The notes beneath the pieces were generated by a model. It did not search any database. It was given only the letters and a program-made list of their open reading frames with translations, and was not told the DNA's origin. DNA of 64,000 bases, from the NCBI GenBank assembly GCA_963664705.1, contig OY761556.1:192001-256000 (forward strand), in the 5' to 3' direction. The stretch is from Acidobacteriota bacterium (GTDB lineage: Bacteria > Acidobacteriota > UBA6911). Positions 9,128-19,501 of the stretch are shown here, in pieces. Positions within the stretch are counted from its first letter, which is position 1, and each line of letters opens with the position of its first letter. The translations under genes were made by a program, and so were the position numbers.

Positions 9128-11374
9128 ATGAAGCTTGAGGACGCAACTGCATTTACGTCGCGGTGTTTTCACGGAGAACCTGCATCCTGTTCCTACGCCT
9201 GTCCCTTCCGAATGGATGTCCGTGCCTTCCTGGAAAAGGCTGGTAAAGGGCAATGGGCCGCCGCATACAAAATTCTGCGGAATGCCGTAATGTTTCCGGC
9301 TGTTGTCAGCGCTTTGTGCGAACAGCCTTGCCGGAACCACTGCCAGCGCTCCGTGGTTGGCGATGAGGCGATCGCGGTTCGCGACATAGAAGCCGCCTGC
9401 CTCCGGTTTGCGAAAAACCGCAAACCGCAAGCCTATACCATTCCACCCAAGAACAAACGCATAGCCGTCATCGGGGCGGGACTTGCCGGTCTTGCCTGCG
9501 CTTTGAATCTTGCCCAAAAAAAATTCCCTGTGACGGTGTTTGACCGGGAGCCTGGTTGGGGGGGAGCGCTTCGAACCCATCCGCGTTTTCCGGAGTTCGA
9601 GCAGGATTTCGCGCTGCAGTTTTCCATTGTCAAAACCGAGTTTCAGTATGGACGAGAAATAAAGACCCTGGATGACGTTGCCGAATTCGACGCAGTGTTT
9701 ATCGCGACGGGATCCGGAGGGGATTCATTCGGACTGTTTCAAAGCTGGGAACGCGACCTGCTGACAACAGGTATCTCCAGGGTATTCATGGGCGGAGCGT
9801 TGTGCGGAGCCAATCCCATGGAAAGCATCGTTCACGGCAATGAAGCCTCGATGAATATCGAGGTATTCCTGCAAACCGGCAAAGCCGCACATACCTATGG
9901 ACGATCGAATGCCAATTACTGTGACCGCTATCTGAAACATTCCGGAGCCGTTTCCGTTCCGCGCATAGAGGCGTCAGGATCCGATGGCTACAGTGAAGAA
10001 GAGGCAAAGCAAGAAGCCGGACGATGCCTGCTTTGCGATTGCAACAAGTGCATGATGGCCTGCGAAATGCTCAAGGCCTTTCACAAGGTGCCTCACAAGA
10101 TCGCGGTAGAAGTCTATAACGACATGGGGACCAATCCCCCGTTTTCCGTTCGAACGATAACCAGGGAAGTTTATTCCTGCAATATATGTGGATACTGCAA
10201 GTCCATCTGTCCCGAGAAGGTGGATATCGGCGCATTGCTCCAGTTTTCCCGCGCCGCGCGCTTGAAGGCGGGGGATTATCCTCCCGCTCTGCACGATTTC
10301 TGGATGCGTGAAATGGATTTTGCAACCTCGGCAGGCTCCATCGCCTCCGCGCCCAAAGGTAAAACGACCTGTGAATATGCTTTCTATCCCGGCTGTCAGC
10401 TTGGAGCTTCGAATCCTGATCACGTATTGAAGACTTATGATCTCCTGAGCAGGAATTATGATGCAGGCATTTTCGTCGGCTGTTGCGGAGCTCCCGCCTA
10501 CTGGGCGGGCGAGGAAGAGCGCTTCCAGGCTAATTGTGAAAAGATAAAAAAGGACTGGAAGGATCTTGGCCAGCCAACCATGATCTTTGCCTGCGCAACC
10601 TGTGAGAGTTTATTTCACTCCTTTCTCCCCGAAATCAAGGGAGTCTCTCTTTACCAATTGCTGTCCGAGTCGGATGAGATTTTGCCGGTGCGGGCCTATC
10701 AGGAAGCGGCCGTATTTGATCCCTGTGCGGCCAGGAATGATCAAGGTATGCAGTCCGGCGTCAGGAAGCTGGCGGAGAAGGTGGGGATTGCGCTTGAAGA
10801 ATTGCCCGAATCCAATCGCTGCTGCGGACATGGCGGCCACATCCGAACTGCCAACCCAAGGCTATATGACGAAATCGTCAAAAATCGGAGCGAGGCAAGC
10901 GACAAGCCTTACATCGTCTATTGTGCCAATTGCCGCGAAGTTTTCGCTTCCCGAGACAAGCAGTGTTCCCACATTCTGGACATGGTTCTCGGTATACAAT
11001 CGGAATCCCGTGTGCCGAGCTTGCAGGAGAAGCGGGACAATAGCCTGAAGGTGAAAGGCGTACTGATGAAGAATTTGCAGGATTCTGATTTCAAGCCCGA
11101 ATCCCATGAGTGGGATGATCTGACCCTTGTTATCGGCGATGAATTGCAGAAAAGCCTCGACCGGAAGTTGATATCGGCAGCCGACCTGAAAGAAGCAATC
11201 TGGCATGCTGAAAAATCCAATGAGAAGTTTTATGACGAAAAGGATGGCATGTGCATCTGCAGCATGGTGAAGCCGGTCCTTACCTACTGGGTACAATACA
11301 AGGAAGCCGCTCCCCGGACCTACCGGGTCTTCAGTGCCTATTACCATCGCATGCGCTTCGACAGGGAGGAATAA
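9128..11374 (+). CDS. Pyridine nucleotide-disulfide oxidoreductase / 4Fe-4S dicluster / CCG-domain protein (DVU1558-like)
   Basis: N-terminal C...CSYACP...LCEQPC...C (GltD/DPD-like), GAGLAG Rossmann fold, CLLCDCNKCMMAC and CNICGYCKSICP clusters, two CCG domains (YPGC..GCCG..CATC; DPC..RCCG..YCANC). Confidence 0.85.
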   Translation: MKLEDATAFTSRCFHGEPASCSYACPFRMDVRAFLEKAGKGQWAAAYKILRNAVMFPAVVSALCEQPCRNHCQRSVVGDEAIAVRDIEAACLRFAKNRKPQAYTIPPKNKRIAVIGAGLAGLACALNLAQKKFPVTVFDREPGWGGALRTHPRFPEFEQDFALQFSIVKTEFQYGREIKTLDDVAEFDAVFIATGSGGDSFGLFQSWERDLLTTGISRVFMGGALCGANPMESIVHGNEASMNIEVFLQTGKAAHTYGRSNANYCDRYLKHSGAVSVPRIEASGSDGYSEEEAKQEAGRCLLCDCNKCMMACEMLKAFHKVPHKIAVEVYNDMGTNPPFSVRTITREVYSCNICGYCKSICPEKVDIGALLQFSRAARLKAGDYPPALHDFWMREMDFATSAGSIASAPKGKTTCEYAFYPGCQLGASNPDHVLKTYDLLSRNYDAGIFVGCCGAPAYWAGEEERFQANCEKIKKDWKDLGQPTMIFACATCESLFHSFLPEIKGVSLYQLLSESDEILPVRAYQEAAVFDPCAARNDQGMQSGVRKLAEKVGIALEELPESNRCCGHGGHIRTANPRLYDEIVKNRSEASDKPYIVYCANCREVFASRDKQCSHILDMVLGIQSESRVPSLQEKRDNSLKVKGVLMKNLQDSDFKPESHEWDDLTLVIGDELQKSLDRKLISAADLKEAIWHAEKSNEKFYDEKDGMCICSMVKPVLTYWVQYKEAAPRTYRVFSAYYHRMRFDREE

Positions 11375-11379
11375 AAGCG

Positions 11380-11577
11380 GTGAACGCCGAAGAGAGACAC
11401 TGGAAATGCGCGAAGTGCGGGCTGGAACTGGTAATGAAAAAGACGGTGTTTTCCTATCTTGGACAAACCGTTGCTCACGAAGTCCTGGCCTGCCCCCAGT
11501 GCGGGAAAGTGTTTATTGCCGAGGGACTGGCCGAGGGAAAAATGGCTGAGGTTGAGGGTCAGCTGGAAGACAAGTAA
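11380..11577 (+). CDS. Small two-CxxC redox/zinc-ribbon protein (DVU1557-like)
   Basis: GTG start after GGAGG; WKCAKC...YLG...LACPQCGKVFI.E.LA.GKM.EVE..LEDK; position in cluster. Confidence 0.8.
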   Translation: MNAEERHWKCAKCGLELVMKKTVFSYLGQTVAHEVLACPQCGKVFIAEGLAEGKMAEVEGQLEDK

Positions 11578-11664
11578 CACTGGATTCCAGATTTCAATCT
11601 CAGATTATAGATTGCAGACAAATTGGAATCGGCCATTTGCGCAACTAGCGGAGAGATCTTCAGT

Positions 11665-12963
11665 TTGACAGAGTTGATTAGCAAGACATTCAGCCTGTGT
11701 CCGGTTTGCCTCAAGCGGCTTCCTGCGGAAATTGTGAAGCGCGGACAGGAATACTTCCTCGAAAAAGCATGTAAGGTTCATGGCTCTTCTTCCGCGATTA
11801 TCTGGCGTGGCGAGAATCCATCGTTCGAGCGGTGGGGAAATTATGCTCCTTCTGCCGAGCACTCGGGAGTACAGCCGGCCTGTCCTGATCAATGCGGCCT
11901 TTGCCCGGATCACCAGCAAAAGACATGCTGCGCCGTAATTGAAGTAACCAACCGCTGCAATCTATCCTGTCCCTATTGTTTCGCGCAAAGCGGGGCTTCG
12001 CCAGCCGATCCGACGGTTGAGTATCTGGCCCGCTGTTTTGCGGAGCTTGTCGCCAATGGGAATACCTTTGTTCAGTTGTCGGGCGGTGAGCCCACCGTCC
12101 GGGATGATTTGCCCGAAATAGTCGCTGCGGCCAGAACTGCAGGTTGTGAAAACATTCAACTGAACTCAAACGGAATCCGTCTGGGACAGGATAAAGCTTA
12201 TACAAAGGCGCTTGCGGGCGCGGGATTATCTTTTGTCTTCATGCAGTTCGACGGCACCAGCGATTCGATTTACCACAGGATGCGGGGCAGACCATTGCTT
12301 GCGGAGAAGGAAGCTGCAATCGCAGCCTGTTCAGAGGAACTGCTGGGCGTAACGCTGGTCCCTACCCTTGTCCCGGGCGTAAACGACCGGAATATAGGCG
12401 AGATTCTAGATTTCGGATTATCCCGGTCTCCCTCGGTGCGGGGTGTGCACTTTCAGCCGGTCAGCTATTTCGGCCGTTATCCCGAATTACCGCGAGATGA
12501 GGATCGGATCACGCTGCCGGATGTCCTTCGCGAGATAGAAGGACAGACCAAGGGGAAAATCAAAATCACCGATTTTGCGCCCTCCGGCTGCGGCCACCCG
12601 GGTTGTGGCTTCCATGGCGATTTTGTTGTTATGCCCGATTCTCTTGTCCGGCTGACCTGCAGCACGGACGTCCGTTCGTGCTGCGGCAATGACGACACGG
12701 CGCATTTAAGGAATCGAAAATTTGTGGCGCGCCGCTGGAAACGCACTGCCGCGGATTGCTGTGGAGATAAAGATCCGGCCAGCCTCGATGGTTTTCTCAA
12801 TAGAGTCAAGTCGAATGGATTTACAATCACGGCGATGAATTTCCAGGATGCCTATACGCTGGACCTTGAACGCCTCCGTCGATGCAGCGTCCACGTTTAT
12901 GAGAGCGGCAGAACCATTCCATTCTGCGCAAAATATCTGACCGGCTTTCCGACCGAGGGATAA
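11665..12963 (+). CDS. trsS: Radical SAM protein, TrsS/DVU1554-like
   Basis: SLCPVC...C..HG N-terminus, CPDQCGLCPDH, CNLSCPYC (CxxxCxxC), QLSGGEPT, FQPVSYFGR, C-terminal RRC.VH...IPFC. Start TTG 11665 or 11623. Confidence 0.8.
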   Translation: MTELISKTFSLCPVCLKRLPAEIVKRGQEYFLEKACKVHGSSSAIIWRGENPSFERWGNYAPSAEHSGVQPACPDQCGLCPDHQQKTCCAVIEVTNRCNLSCPYCFAQSGASPADPTVEYLARCFAELVANGNTFVQLSGGEPTVRDDLPEIVAAARTAGCENIQLNSNGIRLGQDKAYTKALAGAGLSFVFMQFDGTSDSIYHRMRGRPLLAEKEAAIAACSEELLGVTLVPTLVPGVNDRNIGEILDFGLSRSPSVRGVHFQPVSYFGRYPELPRDEDRITLPDVLREIEGQTKGKIKITDFAPSGCGHPGCGFHGDFVVMPDSLVRLTCSTDVRSCCGNDDTAHLRNRKFVARRWKRTAADCCGDKDPASLDGFLNRVKSNGFTITAMNFQDAYTLDLERLRRCSVHVYESGRTIPFCAKYLTGFPTEG

Positions 12964-12967
12964 AATC

Positions 12968-13372
12968 ATGGGCGATAGTTCAAAGGATGTCTACAGACTT
13001 GCGATGCAGGGCCTTTGCTGCAGCCAGATCATGGTGAAGGCTGGGCTGGAGGCGAGGGGTGAGGACAATCCCGTTCTCCTGGATGCCATGGCCGGGCTGT
13101 GCGGCGGACTGCATGCCGGCATGTGCTGTGGTGTGCTGACAGGAGCGGCCTGTCTCCTCTCGATGTACGACAAAAAGATCGCCGCGATGAATATGATCCC
13201 CCGGCTGATTGAATGGTTCCAGACAACCTACAGTGAAGAGTATGGCGGCATCAGCTGTGAGGAAATCATCGACAACGATCCGCGCAATAGGAGCGAACGT
13301 TGCCCGAAGATGATGGCGGAAACGCTCGAAAAATGCCGTGAGTTGCTGGCGGAGCATGGCTTTACAATCTGA
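12968..13372 (+). CDS. C-GCAxxG-C-C family redox protein (DVU1555-like)
   Basis: GLCCSQ, GLCGG....CCGVLTGA, GISC..I and RCP motifs. Confidence 0.85.
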   Translation: MGDSSKDVYRLAMQGLCCSQIMVKAGLEARGEDNPVLLDAMAGLCGGLHAGMCCGVLTGAACLLSMYDKKIAAMNMIPRLIEWFQTTYSEEYGGISCEEIIDNDPRNRSERCPKMMAETLEKCRELLAEHGFTI

Positions 13373-13374
13373 GC

Positions 13375-14709
13375 ATGAAGATAACCCCCCTCGAGCATTG
13401 GGCCTCGCGTAAGCTGGGTATCACGGAGCCTCCGGTCCTGTCTCGTCTTCAGGCCTATCAGCTTGGGAAACTGCGTGACACGCTCAGCCTTGCCATGACA
13501 GGCAGTCTTTTCTATCGGGAGCATCTCAAGGGTATTGATCCCGCCTCCGTACGAACGATGGAAGATATCGGCCGGATCCCATTCACCCGTCCGCAGGATC
13601 TTGTCGACTGTCCCAACGGCTTCATTTGCGTTTCGCCGCAGGACATCAGCCGGATTGTTACCCTTTCAACGTCCGGTACCACCGGCAGGCCGAAGCGAAT
13701 CGCATTTACACCCGAAGATCAGGAACTAACCGTTGATTTCTTTCATCACGGAATGTTGACGCTGGCTCGTCCGGCTGACCGCATCATGATCTTTCTCCCC
13801 GGGCAAACTGAAGGAAGCGTAGGCGATCTTTTAAAAAAGGCTGTTGTCCGGTTCGGTTGTGAAGCGATTATCTTCGGACCGATTGATGACTATGATCGGG
13901 CATTCAGGGCTTTGCTCGATTGCAGACCGGATACTACTGTCGGGATCCCTTCTCAGATGCTCGCGCTCTCTCGATACTGCGGAGCCGATCCGGCTGCCGA
14001 CAGAGTGCAACTCCGAACGCTGCTGCTCAGTACCGATTTCGCTTCGCATGCCGTGGTGAATGCTCTGGAACGGGCATGGGGCTGTGAGGTCTATGACCAT
14101 TACGGGAGCACGGAAATGGGGTTGGGTGGTGCGGTGGAATGCCAGGCTCGGAAGGGCTATCACATGCGAGAGGCTGATCTGCTCTTCGAACTGGTCGATC
14201 CTTCTACGGGGAAACCCGTGGACGCCGGCGAATATGGTGAAGTCGTGTTTTCGACGCTAACCCGCCGCGGCATGCCGCTGATACGGTATAGAACCGGGGA
14301 CCGGTCCCGGATTTTGCCAGAGCCCTGTCCCTGCGGTTCCGTGTTGAGGCGGTTGGAGCGTGTCTCGAGGAGAATTTGCGAAACCATTCAGCTGAAGGAT
14401 GGGACATCCGTATCCATCGGTCAGCTCGACGAGATTCTTTTCTCCGACCCTTCCGTTTCCGCCTATGCGGCGGAAATCTGTCTCAAAGACGGCCACGATT
14501 TTCTTTCTCTGACCGTGCGGTCGACCCTGGCATCGTTTTGTGGTGAAAAGATCCGGGCTGCGTTTGAGCAGGATCCCGCGTTTGGCAATCTCATTAGCCG
14601 GCGATGTCTGGGGCTGGATGTGCAATTGGGGGATGCCGGATTCTTTACGACCGGTACCGCCAAACGCTTTATTGCCGACAGACGGGCTCTGCAGCCGGAA
14701 CTTCTGTGA
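13375..14709 (+). CDS. Phenylacetate-CoA ligase-like AMP-dependent ligase (DVU1553-like)
   Basis: TSGTTGRPK, HYGSTEMG, GEVVFSTL.R.GMPLIRYRTGD and CPCG motifs. Confidence 0.85.
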   Translation: MKITPLEHWASRKLGITEPPVLSRLQAYQLGKLRDTLSLAMTGSLFYREHLKGIDPASVRTMEDIGRIPFTRPQDLVDCPNGFICVSPQDISRIVTLSTSGTTGRPKRIAFTPEDQELTVDFFHHGMLTLARPADRIMIFLPGQTEGSVGDLLKKAVVRFGCEAIIFGPIDDYDRAFRALLDCRPDTTVGIPSQMLALSRYCGADPAADRVQLRTLLLSTDFASHAVVNALERAWGCEVYDHYGSTEMGLGGAVECQARKGYHMREADLLFELVDPSTGKPVDAGEYGEVVFSTLTRRGMPLIRYRTGDRSRILPEPCPCGSVLRRLERVSRRICETIQLKDGTSVSIGQLDEILFSDPSVSAYAAEICLKDGHDFLSLTVRSTLASFCGEKIRAAFEQDPAFGNLISRRCLGLDVQLGDAGFFTTGTAKRFIADRRALQPELL

Positions 14710-14763
14710 GATTTGCCGAATTCGTGGCTGCATTTTCGAAAGGCTGTGATATTTTTCCCGTCG

Positions 14764-15597
14764 ATGGCCAGAGATATATTTGCTGAAATTGTGGATCTTC
14801 GCTCCAGGGGGCTGCGCGCGGCGCTTGCCACTATCATTGCTACCAAAGGAGCCACTCCGCGCAAAGACTCCTCTAAAATGCTCATCTATGAAGACGGTCG
14901 CCGTTCTGGGACAATCGGTGGCGGATTTACCGAGGCAGAGGTTTGCCGCGAAGCCTTGCTTGCGCTCAGAACCGGAAAACCGAAGCTGCTGAGTTTTGAC
15001 CTCACCGGTGTCGATCACGAAGAGAGTGCGCTTGTTTGCGGAGGCTTTATGCAGGTTTATGTGGAGCCGGTCCTTCCCGATCCAACGCTCTTTATTTTTG
15101 GAGCGGGGTTTGTCAGCAAGGCTGTTGCGGAGGTCGCCCGGTTTGCCGGGTTCAGAATAGCCATCGTGGACGATCGGATTGAGAATGCCAATCCTGATAA
15201 TTTCGGCCACGCCGATGATTTCTATGTCGATGCATGGGAAGAAATTTTTAAAAGACTGCCGGTTAATCCATCATCGTTTTTGTTTATCGCTACGCGTGGA
15301 CACCAACTGGATTTGCTTTGCCTGAGATATGCGGTGAAATCGCCAGCCAGGTACATCGGGATCCTGGGTAGTTCAAGGAAAACGCAATCGCTCTTTGACG
15401 TGCTTGAAAAGGAAGGGATCGATCGCTCGGAATTCAAACGGGTCTTTGTCCCGGTGGGGATCGATATCGCGGCAGAAACCGCCGAGGAAATCGCCATAAG
15501 CCTGGTGGCCGAACTCATCGCAATCCGAAAGAACCTCGATATCCAGTCCATACGGGATACGGTGCGTCGTATCCGCAACGCACCTGCTTCAACCTAG
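14764..15597 (+). CDS. xdhC: XdhC/CoxI family molybdoenzyme maturation factor
   Basis: ATII...GATPR...KM, GTIGGG..E, CGG, IFGAG, ATRGH..D, YIG.LGS.RK, PVGIDI.AET.EEIAIS..AELI. Confidence 0.9.
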   Translation: MARDIFAEIVDLRSRGLRAALATIIATKGATPRKDSSKMLIYEDGRRSGTIGGGFTEAEVCREALLALRTGKPKLLSFDLTGVDHEESALVCGGFMQVYVEPVLPDPTLFIFGAGFVSKAVAEVARFAGFRIAIVDDRIENANPDNFGHADDFYVDAWEEIFKRLPVNPSSFLFIATRGHQLDLLCLRYAVKSPARYIGILGSSRKTQSLFDVLEKEGIDRSEFKRVFVPVGIDIAAETAEEIAISLVAELIAIRKNLDIQSIRDTVRRIRNAPAST

Positions 15598-15685
15598 CAT
15601 CCAATCTTGGATTGTTTATGGCATAAGCATAGCCCTGCCCCCTTTCCATTTGATCCGGATGAGAACCGCGCGCATCTTAGTATTT

Positions 15686-16546
15686 ATGAGAAAAGTGTTT
15701 TTCCATTTGGCCGGCGTGCTCATTCTTCTGCATCAGGTTCCACTTTCCGATGTCCGGGCTCAGCAGCGGCAGTCACGGTCTATTGACGAGGCAGCATACG
15801 GATCAAAGTTCTTCGACCAGTTGCATGCGCTTTTCGGGCGGTTTCAGGATTCGGATCTGCAGCAGGCATTTCGCGATGCCCAGGAAATCCAGTGTTCTGA
15901 GCTTGTGGGCCGCACCGGCCAATGGCGGCCTGTCGCTTTCTTCAACGAAGACCACAGCCTCGGAGCTTGGCATCGCTCCAATATTGGCGAGGTGAAATCT
16001 GACCTGCAGGTATATACCTTTCAGGGAGATTGTGCGGAGAATGGTCGCATGGAGGTGGCATCCGAATTCCCCACGGAATCAAGTTATGAGCAATATAGAA
16101 ACTATAGGATCGACATCGACCAGGTCGACGTAATGGTGAATGATCCCGTCAAGGTCGCAATGAATTCCCAAACGAAGGCGTATACTTTCGAATTGCCCTA
16201 CCTGTTTCTAAAGGCCGATGGTGCGAGAAAAGTATACAGCCTTACCGCGCCGGACAGGAGCACCGCCTATGCGTCGGAAGTCAAGAGCCGTTGGGAATGC
16301 AAGGCGGTTTCGTCGAAAGATCTGACCTATCGTTTCCTGATCTGCAGGGTGAACACCGTTCCCCGGCGTGCTCTCCGTCGAAATGAGACGTGGGAGCCCA
16401 CGTTCGGATCCTCCGCGTTTTTCATCCTATCAGATGGTACAGAAGCCAAAGCCAGCGTGAATATGACCTTTGGAGATGAGCCCAAGGATAAACCGGAAGA
16501 TGTTCCCGCTTCCAAAGCCCCAGAACGTCCACGCCTGAAGCGATGA
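15686..16546 (+). CDS. Hypothetical exported protein
   Basis: Long ORF with signal-peptide-like N-terminus (MRKVFFHLAGVLILL...VRAQ); no family recognised. Confidence 0.7.
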   Translation: MRKVFFHLAGVLILLHQVPLSDVRAQQRQSRSIDEAAYGSKFFDQLHALFGRFQDSDLQQAFRDAQEIQCSELVGRTGQWRPVAFFNEDHSLGAWHRSNIGEVKSDLQVYTFQGDCAENGRMEVASEFPTESSYEQYRNYRIDIDQVDVMVNDPVKVAMNSQTKAYTFELPYLFLKADGARKVYSLTAPDRSTAYASEVKSRWECKAVSSKDLTYRFLICRVNTVPRRALRRNETWEPTFGSSAFFILSDGTEAKASVNMTFGDEPKDKPEDVPASKAPERPRLKR

Positions 16547-16624
16547 TAGCTGGATGTGACCTGCGGGCATGCGCGTCAAGTCAAGCCTGCGGAGTTGGAA
16601 CCAGCGAGCCCTAAAAGTCGACTG

Positions 16625-17578
16625 CTAAAAGAACATTCGGATCAACGGAAGACTCGCTCCGATAAGCACCGCGATCCTTCCGACTGCTTTTTGGGGAGGC
16701 TTCAGGGCCAGTAGGCAGGCTGATCCTGTATAGCCGATCAGCAGGATATCCACCCCCGAGAGTGCATCCGGCATCCACGGCGCGATCCCGACGGTGGAGG
16801 CAAAAACGAGGGTCAGTATGTATGAAAAATCCGGGATCCCAACCTTCCGTTCGCAAGCCCGAACAAGCAGCACGCAAAGCGCAAACCAGAGCATCGGTGC
16901 GGCCTGCGAGAGAAGCGGCAATCCGGAATTGGGTATGCTCTTGTGCGTCGGATCATTTGCAATATGCGAAATGAGAGTCCCGGAGGTCAGGAAGTTTACA
17001 ACCAGGATGGCTGCAAAACACAGGAGTGTGGGAGTAAAGAAGAGGAGCGCCGATCCAAGGAACCCACCGAAACTGCGGCGATTGGCTATGAACAGGCCGC
17101 CGCTGATCAGCAGGCACGCGATCGCCAGCGCTGGTTTGGAAACAACTCCCAGGGAAAGAAGCAGTGCAATCGTTGCAATAGCTTGCAGGCCCGCATTCTG
17201 TTCATGCATGGAAGCTACCCACACCAGCGCATAAACAAAAGCCCCGCATCCGAGGGCGGCAAACCAGGTGAAACCGGGAATGTCCAGGTGTCGGAGAATT
17301 GTTGACAGCAATTGGCCGGCAATCAGGAATGAATAGGCTCCGGCCCAGATCCAGCGTAATCCGCCGGAACGCATATGCAGAAGCCAGAGCCCGAGGGCGG
17401 CTGCGATGGAAAGCATTACGGCCGCCACCGCAATCCCGCCGGTTACGTATCTGGTCCCGAAACCGAACAGGGAGGCGCTCAGTAATAGCGCTGACCCCGC
17501 ATACCAACGCCTCAGGGTGTTACTGGATTGGGGCGCTGGCTCGAATGATCTCACTCTGAGTAAACTTGCTGATGCCAT
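16625..17578 (-). CDS. Hypothetical polytopic membrane protein
   Basis: About 9-10 hydrophobic segments; overlaps the GT2 stop, last gene of the operon; start uncertain. Confidence 0.7.
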   Translation of the reverse strand: MASASLLRVRSFEPAPQSSNTLRRWYAGSALLLSASLFGFGTRYVTGGIAVAAVMLSIAAALGLWLLHMRSGGLRWIWAGAYSFLIAGQLLSTILRHLDIPGFTWFAALGCGAFVYALVWVASMHEQNAGLQAIATIALLLSLGVVSKPALAIACLLISGGLFIANRRSFGGFLGSALLFFTPTLLCFAAILVVNFLTSGTLISHIANDPTHKSIPNSGLPLLSQAAPMLWFALCVLLVRACERKVGIPDFSYILTLVFASTVGIAPWMPDALSGVDILLIGYTGSACLLALKPPQKAVGRIAVLIGASLPLIRMFF

Positions 17579-19496
17579 GAACAGTCTTTTCCCAATAGAA
17601 CGGACGCGTAATCAATTGCCAGAGCCCTTTGTATGCCGCAATGGACTGCAGAAGCCAATACCCTGGTATCGTGAGGGCATAGGGCAACAGCGGATAGTTT
17701 TGTCGTTTTGCCACCGCCAGCATCGAAAGATAAATCAGACAACTGTTCCCCACGATGAGGTTCAACATGCTGACAACCAGGACCGGTGCGGGGAAAAATG
17801 GCTGCAGTTGCGATGTGCGCGATATGATCCAGGCCAGAAAGGGTATTACCATAAATGGGTAAGCCAGAGCTGAAACGATCGTCCCTCCGACAAACAGTTG
17901 AAGCGAACAGAATCCTGCAAATCCGACACGCCTGTAGAGTTGGACCGGATGCCTCATGTTAACCAGCCAGGTCTGAATATAGCCCTTGATCCAGCGGGAT
18001 CGCTGGCGGATCCAGTTGCCCAGCCTCGAGTTGGCTTCCTCATAGGTGACAGAATTGATAACTCCTACATGATAGCCAAGTGCAGCGAAACGAAGGCCCA
18101 GATCAGCATCCTCGGTCACATTGAATGGATCCCACGCCCCCACTTCGCGCAGTTTTTCGAGATCAAAGTGATTGGATGTGCCACCCAGTGGGATGGGTAC
18201 TTTCAGCCGATCCAGCGCTGGAAGAAACATGTCGAACCAGAGGCTGTATTCCAGCGTGAACATTCGGGTCAGCCAGTTCTCTTCCGAATTAAAGTAGTTG
18301 AGCCGGGCTTGGATACATCCGGTCTTTGACCCCATCTTCATGAATGCGGCCACGGCCTTTTTCAGCTGATCGGGTTCGGGCTTATCCTCTGCATCATAGA
18401 TCGTTACATACTTGCCGCGGACGAGACTCAGCGCGTAGTTGCATGCCTTCGGTTTCGTTTTCGGCTGGGAAACCGGGACGCGCAGAATTTCGAATGTTGC
18501 TTCCAGTCCCAGATCCTTGGCGGCCTGAATGGTTTCAAGATCATCGTCTTCCAGGACCAGCTTGATATCCAGCTTGGAGCGCGGATAGTCCAGCCGTCGA
18601 AGGGCGGAGGCCAGGATGGGTAGTACCGTCGGCTCCTTGTACATCGGAACAAGGATTGAATAAACCGGGAGGTCGGCATCATGGAGTGCCTCCACTTCCT
18701 CTTTCGTGATTGCCATTCCAACGTGATCGGCGCAGCTCATCCAGCAGAGGATGGTCCGAAACAGAAATGAAACAAGCATCCAGGTGCTTAGAATCGCATT
18801 CAGCCCAATGGCTGAGGCAACCGGCCAACACAACAGCGTGCAGATGGCGACCAGAAGGATGGTCAGAAAGGAGCCTTTTTGTGCCGAGGTCAGAACGGTT
18901 TTTGCCGAATGCTCCGGATCCCGCTCGGAGAGTTGATAAACCGCGCTCTGACTAAAACTGGCACCGGCGATGCGCTGAAGCTCCCAGAGTATGTCGAATT
19001 TAGACGTCATGACGAATCCGATTCCCGGATTATTCCAACGCCGCCTCACCTCGGGAGAGAGGGGATCCGCGGTTGCAATCCACAGCTTGCCTTTTTCATA
19101 TCTCCAGGGCAGGAACAGGTGCTGGGCATAAAGACCATAGTCTTCGCTTTTCAGGAGATAACTGTCGGCGGGTTTTTCAATCAGGTTAACAAAGTCCAGA
19201 TGAAAATGCCGGGCAAGGACATTGTAGAAATCGAGAGGCTTTGCCCATCCCATGGAAAGAACAATATCCCCGAGACGGGATCCCCATTGAGATTGCCTGC
19301 GGAGCGCCTCGGCCAGCTGCGCTTCCGTGATCAGCCCGGCATCAATGAGCAGCTTTCCCAGCATGACGTGAAGCGGTGCATTGCGCTCGCGCTGTTCCAA
19401 CGAATCGTCGGGCACGATGTCTTCGAATAGGATAGACCCATTCCGACGGGTCAATTCAGGGTCAGGCGTTTTCAAGGTGTCGGTTAGAGGGGCCAT
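17520..19496 (-). CDS. Processive GT2 glycosyltransferase with N-terminal MshEN (c-di-GMP-binding) domain
   Basis: LGKLLIDAGLITEAQLAEALRRQ-x5-RLGDIVL (MshEN), VPMYKE, KPKACN, YDAED, TEDADLG, QRSRW (QxxRW), C-terminal TM helices, WEKT.HG. Start ATG 19496. Confidence 0.88.
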   Translation of the reverse strand: MAPLTDTLKTPDPELTRRNGSILFEDIVPDDSLEQRERNAPLHVMLGKLLIDAGLITEAQLAEALRRQSQWGSRLGDIVLSMGWAKPLDFYNVLARHFHLDFVNLIEKPADSYLLKSEDYGLYAQHLFLPWRYEKGKLWIATADPLSPEVRRRWNNPGIGFVMTSKFDILWELQRIAGASFSQSAVYQLSERDPEHSAKTVLTSAQKGSFLTILLVAICTLLCWPVASAIGLNAILSTWMLVSFLFRTILCWMSCADHVGMAITKEEVEALHDADLPVYSILVPMYKEPTVLPILASALRRLDYPRSKLDIKLVLEDDDLETIQAAKDLGLEATFEILRVPVSQPKTKPKACNYALSLVRGKYVTIYDAEDKPEPDQLKKAVAAFMKMGSKTGCIQARLNYFNSEENWLTRMFTLEYSLWFDMFLPALDRLKVPIPLGGTSNHFDLEKLREVGAWDPFNVTEDADLGLRFAALGYHVGVINSVTYEEANSRLGNWIRQRSRWIKGYIQTWLVNMRHPVQLYRRVGFAGFCSLQLFVGGTIVSALAYPFMVIPFLAWIISRTSQLQPFFPAPVLVVSMLNLIVGNSCLIYLSMLAVAKRQNYPLLPYALTIPGYWLLQSIAAYKGLWQLITRPFYWEKTVHGISKFTQSEIIRASAPIQ

Positions 19497-19501
19497 GATT
19501 T

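Noticed and set aside
14707-14763. Selenocysteine/readthrough fusion of the CoA ligase and XdhC (same frame, single TGA)
   Set aside because: The TGA follows a complete domain in a non-catalytic context, no convincing SECIS hairpin follows, and same-frame neighbours arise often by chance.
15619-15633. Sigma54 promoter TGGCAT-N5-TAGC
   Set aside because: Spacing fits but the -12 element is imperfect and nothing else supports it; too weak to call.
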